A DNA stretch of 64,000 nucleotides from Candidatus Aenigmatarchaeota archaeon (GCA_016432325.1 CP066684.1:480001-544000); one strand, 5' to 3'; positions 46,962-56,437 are shown, counted from the stretch's first letter. The notes: generated by a model not told the origin, from the sequence alone. Program-made: numbers and translations.

Positions 46962-47054
46962 GCCATGGAGAAAAGGCCAAGTTTTAAATAGTTATTGCCG
47001 CAAGGGCTGTAACTATAAAACGGCGCACCGTTTTAAATAACCGTCGCGCTCGCC

Positions 47055-48083
47055 CTATCCTTTCATGTCCATCAGATAGCGCGCCGGACCCAGACTCCTC
47101 AGGCGCTCGTTTTTGGCAGAAACTTCGCGGGCCATCTGTTCGCGCTCGTTCCGAAGCTTGCGGCGCACACCATCCGTGTAGTTGCTCGCTATCTGCACCG
47201 CGTACCGCGCTCCGTTGACTATCTTATTGATCCCGACTCCTGCCATAGGATAGCCTACTGCGTCACCGTCTTCTGTGAAGTCCGTCAGCATTCTGCACAG
47301 CAGGTTGTCCTCCTGTCGCGCTGAACGCAGCGTCTCGTTGAACACGGGAACTCCTACGACAGGAATGTCCGTTTGCGCGGCCACGCGCTTCGGCAGGTCT
47401 ATCGCCTCTTCGTCCGCCAGCACCACGATGGCAGTCGCGCCTGCGTATTCGATTTCGCGCAGCGGTTCGAGCAGATTGTGCAGATCGGGAGAGGCCACCG
47501 CGAACTCTTCGGAGGAGCCCGCGCCGAGCATTCTCGTAACGTATCTCTTCGCGTCGTTGAACTGTTGTGCTGGTATCTCGGCTTCGCGCGGCGTGATTAT
47601 GCCGACGAACGAATGGGCCTTCGCTTCCACGAGTTCGTCGAGATTCCTATAGTCGCGTATCCTGTTCCGCGCGTCCACATCAGCGAGCGCCGCCATCTGC
47701 GTCGCCAGCAAAGCCGCGCTCTCGGCCTGACCTATGCCAACGGTTCCGACAGGCACGCCGTCAGGCATCTGGATTATAGAATAGAGAGAGTCCATCCCGT
47801 CGGCGGCGCGAGTCCTTACAGGAAGTCCGATGACTGGCAGGACGGTTTCAGACGCTGTCATGCCGGGCAGGTGCGCGGCGCCGCCTGCGGCGGCTATGCT
47901 TGCCCAGAAGCCGTCCTCTTCCAACGCGCGGGCCTCGCTGCCCATCGCGCGCGGCGTTCTGTGCGCCGACAGGACGCGGGCCTCGTAAGAAATCTGCAGC
48001 TTGTCCAGGACGTCGAACACGCCGCTTATGTTAGGAAGGTCCGAATCGCTGCCCATCCTCACTTCTATACGCTGGTTCATCAC
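47055..48083 (-). CDS. purE: N5-CAIR mutase PurE with a second, degenerate PurE-like domain
   Basis: MGSDSD, SAHRTP, AGGAAHLPG, SIIQMPDGVPV; second copy LPKRVAAQTDIPVVGVP...VGINKIVNGA. Confidence 0.9.
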   Translation of the reverse strand: MMNQRIEVRMGSDSDLPNISGVFDVLDKLQISYEARVLSAHRTPRAMGSEARALEEDGFWASIAAAGGAAHLPGMTASETVLPVIGLPVRTRAADGMDSLYSIIQMPDGVPVGTVGIGQAESAALLATQMAALADVDARNRIRDYRNLDELVEAKAHSFVGIITPREAEIPAQQFNDAKRYVTRMLGAGSSEEFAVASPDLHNLLEPLREIEYAGATAIVVLADEEAIDLPKRVAAQTDIPVVGVPVFNETLRSARQEDNLLCRMLTDFTEDGDAVGYPMAGVGINKIVNGARYAVQIASNYTDGVRRKLRNEREQMAREVSAKNERLRSLGPARYLMDMKG

Positions 48084-49246
48084 GCTTTCATCTCCTGCAA
48101 TCTTTTTATCCTTATCGTGGACTCCATCGCCTGTGCGCGGGCAACCACGTCTTCAAGGGGCGCGTCTTGGTTACCGAGAACGGTCAAGTGGCCCAGTTTT
48201 CTCTTGGGCGACGTGGTCTTCTTTCCATAGGTGTGCATGTGGACGCCACGGAAGAATCCAGCTTCCTTCATGTCCACTTCGTATAGTCCTGAATATCCCT
48301 GCGGGCCCAGTATGTTTACCATCACGGCCGGCCGCAGAAGTTCGGTGCTTCCGAGAGGCATCCCTGTTATTGCGCGCAGGTGCTGTTCAAACTGCGACGT
48401 CGGGCAGGCCTCTATCGTGTAGTGTCCCGAGTTGTGCACGCGCGGAGCTATCTCGTTTATCATCACTTCGCCGGCCCTGACGAACATCTCTATACCGAAC
48501 ACTCCGGCGCCTCGCAGCTCCTTCAGGGTTTTCGCGGCCAGCGCTTCCGCTTTTTGCGCGGTGGCCTTGTCCATCCTCGCCGGCACGATGGTGGTGCGAA
48601 GTATGTTGTCCTCGTGTATGTTCTCCCCGACAGGGTACGTGCGTATCTCTCCGTTCGTGCCGCGGGCCGCGATGACAGAGACTTCCTTGTCGAATTCGAT
48701 GTACTGTTCGACCATCAGCCGGCGGCCGTTGAAGTGGGCCAGAGCCGTGTCTATCTCCCTGCTGTCCTTGATCAGATAGTTTCCCCGACCGTCGTATGAA
48801 TCTGTTCGTGCCTTGAGCATCAGTGGGTATCCGAACCATTCGGCCGCGCGCACAATGCTTTCCGAACTTGCAACTTCCCTAAAGTCGGGAACAGGAAGGC
48901 CGCGGCTTTGAAGGAAAGATTTCTGCCTGAACTTGTCCTGTACTATTTGAAGGGTGTGGGAACTCGGATGAACTTTCTTGCCCATATTCTCCAGCTCGTG
49001 CAGCGTCTCGTAGCCGGCCAGCTCTATCTCGTAAGTCATCACATCAGACTGCTCGGCCAGCTCTCGAATCGCCTTGGAATCCTTGAAATCAGCGACTATC
49101 TGTTTCTTCGCGAACGGCGCGGCAGGGCATCCTTCCGTCGGGTCGAGAGTCACGAGTTCAAAAGGAAGTTTCTTGCGCACGATCTCCTCGCCCATCATCC
49201 TGCAGAGCTGTCCGCCGCCGATGACGCCGACTGTGATGGGATGCAT
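48080..49246 (-). CDS. purK: N5-CAIR synthase PurK
   Basis: GGGQLCRMM, QDK..QK, YDGRGN, NEIAPRVHNSGH, SQFEQHLRA, RKLGH. Confidence 0.96.
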   Translation of the reverse strand: MHPITVGVIGGGQLCRMMGEEIVRKKLPFELVTLDPTEGCPAAPFAKKQIVADFKDSKAIRELAEQSDVMTYEIELAGYETLHELENMGKKVHPSSHTLQIVQDKFRQKSFLQSRGLPVPDFREVASSESIVRAAEWFGYPLMLKARTDSYDGRGNYLIKDSREIDTALAHFNGRRLMVEQYIEFDKEVSVIAARGTNGEIRTYPVGENIHEDNILRTTIVPARMDKATAQKAEALAAKTLKELRGAGVFGIEMFVRAGEVMINEIAPRVHNSGHYTIEACPTSQFEQHLRAITGMPLGSTELLRPAVMVNILGPQGYSGLYEVDMKEAGFFRGVHMHTYGKKTTSPKRKLGHLTVLGNQDAPLEDVVARAQAMESTIRIKRLQEMKA

Positions 49247-49283
49247 GCTCACAGAACGCAGAAAAAAGATATATAGAAGGAAA

Positions 49284-49595
49284 TGGTAGCCCCGGGAGGA
49301 TTTTCTGTTGCGCGCATCCGTTGCCGGAAGGCGTAATTCCATGAACGCTTTCGAGCGTTTACATATTGTCTTTGGCTCGAAAGGGTTCTTCGAACCTCCG
49401 TCCACTGGTCTCTCCTCGCGTATGAAATGAACGCAATCAGAGCCAGTTATCCTTTTGTGTAACCGTTGCGGAAGCGGGCTTCCGTAAACGCTTTTGCGCG
49501 GTGCACGAAACGGCTATGCCGTTTCGGCATGCCGGAAACACGCCGTGTTTCCGTGCAACGTGCGCAGAAGGGTTTGGCCACTAGACTACGGGGCT
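49284..49595 (-). tRNA. tRNA-Gln(CTG) with three introns: D-loop ~49453-49573 (~121 nt), anticodon loop ~49410-49436 (27 nt), 59/60 at 49301-49388 (88 nt)
   Basis: AGCCCCG/CGGGGCT-A-CCA (A1-U72, typical of archaeal Gln); GTCT/GGAT D-stem; ACTGG-CT-CTG...CCAGT with BHB-like CTCT/GGAG; GGAGG-TTCGAA^...^T-CCTCC. Confidence 0.88.
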
Positions 49596-49656
49596 ATCCG
49601 AATCCTTTGTCCTGCAACAAGTACTTAAAGAGAATTCTTTCGACGCGCTTCCGGCC

Positions 49657-49854
49657 TCAATAAGGATAGGGCTGACTTGGAGGGGCTTGCTCTTTCTGAT
49701 CAGGTGAAGTTGGTTGTGATGGCGTCTGGCCATCCGGAGGTTGGATCTGCGGTTCGCGCGGCCCGGCTTCGGCGGCTTGCTGGCCAACGCATCCTGAAGC
49801 GAGCAGTATCAGAAGCAAAACTATCGCGGAAAGGGTTTTTGCGTGCCGTCTCAA
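49657..49854 (-). CDS. Small putative lipoprotein
   Basis: Lipobox LASGC; P/Q-rich tail. Confidence 0.5.
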   Translation of the reverse strand: MRRHAKTLSAIVLLLILLASGCVGQQAAEAGPREPQIQPPDGQTPSQPTSPDQKEQAPPSQPYPY

Positions 49855-49864
49855 TCAACCCGCC

Positions 49865-50056
49865 TCATCCCTTGTACCAAAGATAGGAGGCGCCTATCAG
49901 CAGCAGAACGCCCGCCGCCGCGTGCACAATATGATAGGCGCCCAAACCGATCGACTCGTGGTTCAGAGGAAACGGAGGGGTGTGATCCAGGGCGAGATAG
50001 AGGCCTGCGACTACAAGTACAACGAAAACCGCGAGCTTCCCTCCTTCAAGTCTCAT
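49865..50056 (-). CDS. Small two-TM membrane protein with a His-containing loop
   Basis: LDHTPPFPLNHESIGLGAYHIVH between two TM helices. Confidence 0.55.
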   Translation of the reverse strand: MRLEGGKLAVFVVLVVAGLYLALDHTPPFPLNHESIGLGAYHIVHAAAGVLLLIGASYLWYKG

Positions 50057-50173
50057 GCAAATCCATTGCCGCCCCACGATAAAAGGGTTTCTTATTTCCG
50101 TTAGCGCGCTTCGCTAACGTGAGCCGATGTTTCTTTTATCCGCGCCCGCGAAGTAGACGACGGGGTGAGCGTT

Positions 50174-50404
50174 ATGTCATACAAGAACGTAGAAGAGTTG
50201 CCATTGAGCATAAAGAAAGACCTCCCGGAAGACGCGCAGCAGATGTTTGTAGAGGTCTTCAACAGCGCCGAAGAAGCGTCTGGAAAGGGGAAGCACGGGA
50301 AGCCGAACTCGTCAGACGACGCGCAGAAAGCCGCGTGGGAGGCCGTGAAGAAGAGCTACAGAAGGGAGGGGGATTCGTGGGTGAAAAAAGAAGACGACGA
50401 TTAG
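50174..50404 (+). CDS. chaB: ChaB-family protein
   Basis: YKNVEELP...LPEDAQ.MF...FNSA...AWEAVKKSY...W. Confidence 0.88.
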   Translation: MSYKNVEELPLSIKKDLPEDAQQMFVEVFNSAEEASGKGKHGKPNSSDDAQKAAWEAVKKSYRREGDSWVKKEDDD

Positions 50405-50470
50405 TTTCAGTACGGGCGCGTGAGGAAATTTTGGAAGCGGCGTTGCGCGAACCGTCCTTTTTAAGCGGAC

Positions 50471-51700
50471 TTACCGGCGGCTGTTCCTGCAGGCGCTGCG
50501 TCCAGCATGGCGGGCTTGGCCATTGGTGGGTCTCGACAACTCGACCAGAAGCTCGTTGTGCTTCCTGAGTATCTCGTCGTTCGCGGCATGCAGGGTGGAC
50601 GTGAACTCCTCTATCTCCCCGAGGGCGCTGGTATCGTTGACAAACTCGTCGACTCTGCGGACTTTCCTTAGGCTTGCCAACGTATTGATGCCGAAGGATT
50701 TCAGGTCCGTAATGGACGCCAGATATCCAGCGTATCTCGTGTCGAAAGGAGACCCATCCTGAGGAAGCTCGCTTCTCTGTATTCGGGGTAGCCCTGCGTC
50801 GATGTTGTACATGTTCTTCAGCAGGCCGCCTGTCAGGAAACCGCTTATCGGATGCGCACGGGCTCGCGGGGCATCCATGCCGTCTGCATAGTAGTCGTAG
50901 GGTGACGTATCCCAGACGGACGTGAGAAGCTTCTTTTGACCCAGCTCGCCTGTCATGTAACCAAAGCCCAAATTGGCTTCCAGATTGGGCCCCTTGCGAG
51001 AGTGCGCCGTCAGGACCTTCGGAACCCAGTCCGAACGGCGCTCCGTCACCCTGTCGCCGAAAACGTTAAGTGTCTGCTTCCCCCATGGCTTGATGGGAAA
51101 CTCCGGATCGAATCCCAGCACCTGCTCCGGCGGTCTCTTGGCCTTTTTGACCATTCCGTGCGCTCGCATGGAAAGCGCGGCTGTGAAAATGGGCATATAC
51201 GCATCCAACGCAAAACGATACGTCGCTATCTTGTCCACCGAGTCGCACGGCGTCACGACCATCAACGGGGCTTCGCCGAAATGCCTCTGCCGCAGGGATT
51301 CGTGCTCGTTGTCAGCATGAAGCGGGTGCGCGGACTCTATCGGCGGCAGGTCGAACGGACGGTAGCCCTCGCGCTCTGACCTGCCGTTGAATTGGTGGAA
51401 GAACTTCTTGTAAAAGTGCCAGCGGGCATTGTATATGGACTCCAATATCCCTCCTCCGGGAATCAGGGTTATTTCGTCGCCATATTTTTTCCTCACGTAA
51501 GAGGAGACGGCCTTTTCGTGCCTGTTGCCCACCGAGACTGCGATGTCTGATATGCCTGCCGCCCGAAGGCACCTGATTTTGACGTCAAGTACCTTTTCCC
51601 CATCCACCTCGGCCAGACCTTTCGGAACCCTGCCGCCGGCGAAACGCCTGTTGTTCCCGGCCGTAAGAATGACCGCCTTGGCCTCTTTCCTTGCGTTCAT
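50471..51700 (-). CDS. Protein with an N-terminal nucleotidyltransferase-like domain and unknown C-terminus
   Basis: KAVILTAGNNRRF...PKGL...LRAAGISDI; remainder unrecognised. Confidence 0.55.
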   Translation of the reverse strand: MNARKEAKAVILTAGNNRRFAGGRVPKGLAEVDGEKVLDVKIRCLRAAGISDIAVSVGNRHEKAVSSYVRKKYGDEITLIPGGGILESIYNARWHFYKKFFHQFNGRSEREGYRPFDLPPIESAHPLHADNEHESLRQRHFGEAPLMVVTPCDSVDKIATYRFALDAYMPIFTAALSMRAHGMVKKAKRPPEQVLGFDPEFPIKPWGKQTLNVFGDRVTERRSDWVPKVLTAHSRKGPNLEANLGFGYMTGELGQKKLLTSVWDTSPYDYYADGMDAPRARAHPISGFLTGGLLKNMYNIDAGLPRIQRSELPQDGSPFDTRYAGYLASITDLKSFGINTLASLRKVRRVDEFVNDTSALGEIEEFTSTLHAANDEILRKHNELLVELSRPTNGQARHAGRSACRNSRR

Positions 51701-51724
51701 GGCATTATTGGGTTGCTTAACGTC

Positions 51725-52525
51725 TTAAGGACCTCTGTGACCGCCAGACGGGTTGTCTTGCTGGGGGTCCAGCAATACAAGAACTTCCCCTATCATGTCG
51801 CCTCTCTCTGTGAGAGAGACCTCGAATAGCCTGTTGCTCACTTTTCGCGTCTTGACGAAGCCGCTGTCGCGCAGGCGCGTGAAGGTCTTCGACAGTTTGA
51901 CTATGCCAGAGCTGTTCTTTTTTATGTTCGTGCCCAGCGCCTTCAGGCCTATCTCCTGAGCCATCGCCGCCAGGCGTCCGCGGACGACCCCCCCCCTCTT
52001 TCTCATGTAGACAAGGACGTCGCTGCCGGGTCTCGGAGGAAGGTCGAGACCTATCGGCAAGTCTATCTGCCGTGTGCCTACGGCGCCTGTGGGGGAGAAG
52101 AATTCGTATGCCCCGTGCTTGTCCGCTCCCCACCTCGTGGGCTCCACCCAAAAGACCTTTGATCCGGTGAGGTTGGCGGCCAGCAACGTCGCTATCGAGA
52201 GCGGTATGCTGCAACCGTGGATGTTTATTATCACTTCCTTTCCCTGCCTTCTCTCCGTCATCATCAGCTCGACCAGCTTGGGGAACGAGTCGTGAAAGTC
52301 AAAGAACGACATCTTCACGTGGCTTGTGGTCTGCGCGACCCAGCCGAGCATCTCTTTCTTCAGCGTCTTGACCATCTGTTCCACGGTCTTTCTCTTGCGA
52401 TCGTCGTCCTCCTTCGCGGAGATGAAATAGACCTTGTGCGGGATGTAGCGCCTCAGCAGGTACTTGAGCCTCGGCATCTGGAGCGACGACCCTAAGAATA
52501 TTATCTGCACAGTTTCCGCTTTCAT
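51725..52525 (-). CDS. CARF-like plus winged-HTH transcriptional regulator (paralog of 15607-16401)
   Basis: Shared IPHKVYF, INIHG, KVFW.EP..W, EIGL..LG..KK.SS..VKLSK, LTE.G. Confidence 0.65.
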   Translation of the reverse strand: MKAETVQIIFLGSSLQMPRLKYLLRRYIPHKVYFISAKEDDDRKRKTVEQMVKTLKKEMLGWVAQTTSHVKMSFFDFHDSFPKLVELMMTERRQGKEVIINIHGCSIPLSIATLLAANLTGSKVFWVEPTRWGADKHGAYEFFSPTGAVGTRQIDLPIGLDLPPRPGSDVLVYMRKRGGVVRGRLAAMAQEIGLKALGTNIKKNSSGIVKLSKTFTRLRDSGFVKTRKVSNRLFEVSLTERGDMIGEVLVLLDPQQDNPSGGHRGP

Positions 52526-52573
52526 CCAGTATCCCCGCGGACTCCTCTAGCCACTCTTTCAATAAAGGCTTGC

Positions 52574-52592
52574 ATTAGTATTTTGCGTTAAT
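52574..52592 (-). promoter_or_regulatory. Candidate operator ATTAAC-N7-ACTAAT
   Basis: Same motif and orientation as upstream of the paralogous regulator. Confidence 0.5.
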
Positions 52593-52697
52593 GCGCTCTT
52601 ATAGGCTAATGTTATCGTCAGAGCCGCCCCGTTACTCGCAGCCTCTTTAATGGGCCCGCGGGGAACTAAGCTGACCGGTCATAAGGGGGTGATTTTT

Positions 52698-52859
52698 ATG
52701 GCTGAACTCGCTGTAGCCAGGATCGCGGAGCACGGCGGAATAGACGAAGAGACTGCGCAACAACTGTTCGACATGTGGACAGAGGAGAATGCAGGCGGAC
52801 GGCGCCACTGCTGGCCTGTCGTGGACGAGAGGCACCTGAAAGGTGAGCCCGGTGTCTAA
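52698..52859 (+). CDS. Small hypothetical protein
   Basis: GGGGTGA SD before ATG. Confidence 0.4.
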   Translation: MAELAVARIAEHGGIDEETAQQLFDMWTEENAGGRRHCWPVVDERHLKGEPGV

Positions 52860-53124
52860 GAGCGGCTGCCTTGGCATAGGCGCCTCTTTCGGCGTCGTTT
52901 CCCTTGCGTTTGCCACGCGGGAGACCCGGTTCCCTGCGAGCAGGGAGTCCCTGCTCGAACACCTGAAGAATCGCAAGATTCTCTGGACGCGAAAGAGGAT
53001 AGTGGATATCCACCGCGTATTGCTCGAGACCGACGTGGACAACGTCGAAAGCTTCGCGGACCTGCTCTCTATAGTAGCGAACTACGAGGATCCAAGGATC
53101 AGGAAACTGAACGAATTCGGATGA
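52843..53124 (+). CDS. Hypothetical protein
   Basis: Co-oriented and overlapping; FPASRESLL motif. Confidence 0.45.
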   Translation: MSPVSKSGCLGIGASFGVVSLAFATRETRFPASRESLLEHLKNRKILWTRKRIVDIHRVLLETDVDNVESFADLLSIVANYEDPRIRKLNEFG

Positions 53125-53142
53125 CTCTCGCGTGGTGATTCA

Positions 53143-53772
53143 ATGGGCTACTCAGACTCTCTCGCCAAGTGGTTTTTCGAACACGGAGCAGTTTCTGTCG
53201 CGTGCGAGGAGGAGCTTCTCTGGTACGCGGACCACCCTCCTGTGAGGCTGGATGTCCAGAGACTCCTTTCCGACGGATCCGGCGCCAAGATAGTCGTGGA
53301 TGGCATGGCGCATATCGTACGCGAACGGAAGATGAAATACGAACGCATACTGGGAGCGAAGCAGGAAGACGACTCTCTTGCGCTGCGTATCGCAGACAAG
53401 TTGAAATGCGGACACTCCCGCAGATTCGCGTCCGACACGAACGTCCTTATAGTTTCCGGGTGTCTCGGCGATTGCACTACCGAAACAAGAAAGATTCGGA
53501 CTCTCAGGGACCTGGGAGCCAACATAGATAATCTCCTGTCGGTGTTCGATTACCAGCTGCCTGAGGCAAGAGAACGGCTTGACGGGAGAATGCCGCCGCA
53601 CAGAAACGAGAGATCCCTGAACTATCCGTGCATGCCGTTTGCATTGCTGACGTTTAACCAGCTGGCCGCATACGCCGAGAAACGCGGGCTGTGGCCGGCA
53701 GACACGCTGTCGGGCCTGAGAAGCGTCCACGAAGAAAAGATAGCAGAGTCTATCCTGACAAAACGAGCATGA
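53143..53772 (+). CDS. Degenerate orotate phosphoribosyltransferase-like protein
   Basis: WYADHPPVRLDVQRLLS resembles the PyrE WASG..SP.Y.D.R..LS motif; LRDLGA, SVFDYQ; PRPP loop eroded to VSGCLGD. Confidence 0.5.
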   Translation: MGYSDSLAKWFFEHGAVSVACEEELLWYADHPPVRLDVQRLLSDGSGAKIVVDGMAHIVRERKMKYERILGAKQEDDSLALRIADKLKCGHSRRFASDTNVLIVSGCLGDCTTETRKIRTLRDLGANIDNLLSVFDYQLPEARERLDGRMPPHRNERSLNYPCMPFALLTFNQLAAYAEKRGLWPADTLSGLRSVHEEKIAESILTKRA

Positions 53773-53790
53773 CTCAACGCCGACTGCACA

Positions 53791-54993
53791 TCAGGAGAAC
53801 AGGGTTATCTCGTCTTCTGTCAACCCTGCATTGGACAGCTGCGCCGCGAACTCGGGGTCGTTCCTGACCATCACGGAAAGGAGCGGCGCCACATCGCGCA
53901 CGATCTTCCTCGAGGACGCGTGCACCTGCGGCGTCAGCTTCTCGCAGGCCGAACGCATCGCGTTGCGCCTGGCCCGCGTGCGCGCGTAGGCGATGAGCCT
54001 CTGCGGCGGTGCGTAGCGCGTGAACTTCTCGTACGCGCCGCGCTTCGCGAGCGCGACTCCGCCGCACATCACGTCCCGCATGTATTTCATGAATCTCCAG
54101 TTTTGGTACTTGCGCACGCGCGAGTGCATCACGTCCGCGGCGGCCAGCGCCTCGAACGCCTTTGCGATTTCCTGCGGATCCCCGTATTCGTTCGTGATAT
54201 TCTGCTCGAGCCACCAGAACATTTCCTCGGTGTCCTTGTCTATGCGTTCTATCGCGTCGACGGCCGTCGTGAGCGTGCGCGTCTTGAATATTATGCGCAT
54301 CGCCTCGAAGACGTTCTGCTCCTGCTCCCTGTAACCGAGCGCGTCGGCGTGTCCCTTTTCTATCTTCTTCCTGCCGATTGAAAGGGTCTCCATGTCGGTC
54401 AAAGCCGCGCGGAAATCCCCGCCGGAGGTGCGCGCGACGTGTTTGAGCGCGTCGTCGTCGCATTCTATTCCTTCTATCTTGCATATCGTGCGCAGGCGCG
54501 CGACCATGCTGTTTAGATGGACCTTCCCGAATGGAATCATCGCGACGTGGCTTCGCAGCGTCTTGAGCTTCTCGTCGTAGGGATCGTTGGCAGTGAGCGC
54601 GACGGGGAAACGGGATTCCCCGAGAATCTTTATCAGCGCGCCGACTCCTCCGCGGTCTTCCTTGCCGGAAAGGCCGTCTACTTCGTCCACAAGAATTATC
54701 TTGCCTCTGCGAAAAATACTCTGCTGCCTTGACGCACCTCCCAGAAGCGCTTGCATGGCCTCGGCATTGCGGGTATCCGACGCGTTTATTTCTATTATGT
54801 CAAGGCTTCGCTCCCTGGCCAGCGCGTGCACAAGCGAGGTCTTTCCTGTTCCGGGACCGCCGTGAAGAAGCGCGGCCTGCGAACCCGGCTGCCAAGAGTC
54901 ATACCAGTACAGGAACGCGTCCATGGCCTTCGACTGTCCTATCATTTCGTTCAGTTTCTTTGGAGAATACCTGTCAACCCATCTGTTCGTAAT
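53791..54993 (-). CDS. rfcL: Replication factor C large subunit; start inferred at ATT 54993
   Basis: WVDRYSPKKLNE, GGPGTGKT, EINASDTR, DEVDG, GDFRAA. Confidence 0.92.
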   Translation of the reverse strand: MTNRWVDRYSPKKLNEMIGQSKAMDAFLYWYDSWQPGSQAALLHGGPGTGKTSLVHALARERSLDIIEINASDTRNAEAMQALLGGASRQQSIFRRGKIILVDEVDGLSGKEDRGGVGALIKILGESRFPVALTANDPYDEKLKTLRSHVAMIPFGKVHLNSMVARLRTICKIEGIECDDDALKHVARTSGGDFRAALTDMETLSIGRKKIEKGHADALGYREQEQNVFEAMRIIFKTRTLTTAVDAIERIDKDTEEMFWWLEQNITNEYGDPQEIAKAFEALAAADVMHSRVRKYQNWRFMKYMRDVMCGGVALAKRGAYEKFTRYAPPQRLIAYARTRARRNAMRSACEKLTPQVHASSRKIVRDVAPLLSVMVRNDPEFAAQLSNAGLTEDEITLFS

Positions 54994-55493
54994 GAACCGC
55001 CTCCGTCAGAATCCACTTTCCTTACAACAAGCGGCGGCATCGCCAGCACCGCCATCAATATTCCGTGTGCGTCTATCCCCTTATCCGTTAGGACGTATGA
55101 ATACAACAACTTTTCACGACCTTCCACGCGGAACCTGTCCGTATAGCCTGTCTCGGAAAGCGTTCCCAGCGCGTGTCTCACGACACCTCTGACAGCCGTG
55201 TCCTTGCGCGTGTCTACTACCACCTCGTTCATAGGAAGGTATGTATGCTCGAGGCCGTCGCAACTCCTTATTTCGTCGTACCCATCCACTAGAGCGCTGG
55301 TTAGACGGCGAACATTTATCGGGCTGCGCGGTTTCATGCTCCTAACGGTGGCAATATAACAGTTACTCCTTTCCGAAATAGAAAGAGGGGCCGGCTCAGG
55401 ACGGCATATGATTCCTTCAAATTCCTGAAGACACGTGTCTCTCGAGCGCCTGATAGCCGCAAACTCGCCCGGCTGCATCTTCTTTGTCATCAC
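54951..55493 (-). CDS. Hypothetical protein between rfcS and rfcL
   Basis: Overlaps the rfcS stop (GTGA) and the rfcL start. Confidence 0.55.
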   Translation of the reverse strand: MMTKKMQPGEFAAIRRSRDTCLQEFEGIICRPEPAPLSISERSNCYIATVRSMKPRSPINVRRLTSALVDGYDEIRSCDGLEHTYLPMNEVVVDTRKDTAVRGVVRHALGTLSETGYTDRFRVEGREKLLYSYVLTDKGIDAHGILMAVLAMPPLVVRKVDSDGGGSLRTDGLTGILQRN

Positions 55494-56437
55494 AGCACCC
55501 CGAGCTTCGCAAGATACGCCTCCAGCTGTATCATCTGGTCGCCGCCTGAATCGATGCGGAACTCGCAGTCTCCGAGCGCCTCAATCATCCTCAATTTCTT
55601 CGCCTCTTCCACCGTCAGACCGTATATCGTGCGATGTATCTCTTTCACGACATCCTCGCCGGATATTCCTTGGTTCACGAGAATGTCGTACAGCTTCTTG
55701 CGCGCGTCCTGGAAGTTCCTTTCCACGGCAAACATAACCATCTCCTTCACGTCCTCGGGACGCGCCTGCGCAGCGACTGCGTATACGCTCTCATCGGTAA
55801 CTTCTTTTCCATGCACCGCGCACGCCTGCAGCAGATTTATCGAGCGCCGCATGTCTCCCTCGGTGATGTGCATTATCGCGTCCAGTCCTTCCGTCGAGAT
55901 GCGAACGCCCTCTGTTTTGGATATGTGTTCTAGCATCTCCTTTGCTTCGCCTGCTTTCAGGCGCGAGAAGCGGAACACGGCGCATCTCGACTGTATCGGA
56001 TCTATGATTCGCGAAGAGTAGTTGGCGCTCAGAATGAAGCGCGTGGTGTTGGTGTAGTTCTCCATCGTCCTGCGCAAAGCCTGCTGCGCTTCAGGCGTCA
56101 GCGCGTCGGCCTCGTCCAGAAGTATTATCTTGAAGGGGGCATTTCCTATAGTGCGCGTCCGCGCGAAGTCCTTGACCTGATTGCGTATGACGTCGATGCC
56201 TCTCGCATCAGACGCGTTCAGTTCCAGATAGCTGGCCTTCCACCCGTCGCCGTAAAGTTCGTGCGCTATGCAGAGGGCGGCCGTTGTTTTTCCCGTGCCG
56301 GCCGGCCCGGCGAAAAGCATATGCGGTACGCCTTTTTCTTTTACAAATCCTTTTAGCCTGGAGACTATCTCCTTGTGGCCGACAATCTCGTCCAGCTTCT
56401 TAGGCCTGTACTTCTCCGACCAAATCTCCAAACCCAC
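55490..56437 (-). CDS. rfcS: Replication factor C small subunit
   Basis: WSEKYRP, GPAGTGKT, ELNASDARG, DEADAL, QSRC; no intein. Confidence 0.97.
   Translation of the reverse strand: MGLEIWSEKYRPKKLDEIVGHKEIVSRLKGFVKEKGVPHMLFAGPAGTGKTTAALCIAHELYGDGWKASYLELNASDARGIDVIRNQVKDFARTRTIGNAPFKIILLDEADALTPEAQQALRRTMENYTNTTRFILSANYSSRIIDPIQSRCAVFRFSRLKAGEAKEMLEHISKTEGVRISTEGLDAIMHITEGDMRRSINLLQACAVHGKEVTDESVYAVAAQARPEDVKEMVMFAVERNFQDARKKLYDILVNQGISGEDVVKEIHRTIYGLTVEEAKKLRMIEALGDCEFRIDSGGDQMIQLEAYLAKLGVL

Noticed and set aside
49247-49405. N-terminal extension of PurK in the ORF track
   Set aside because: It overlaps tRNA-Gln; PurK similarity begins at Met 49246.
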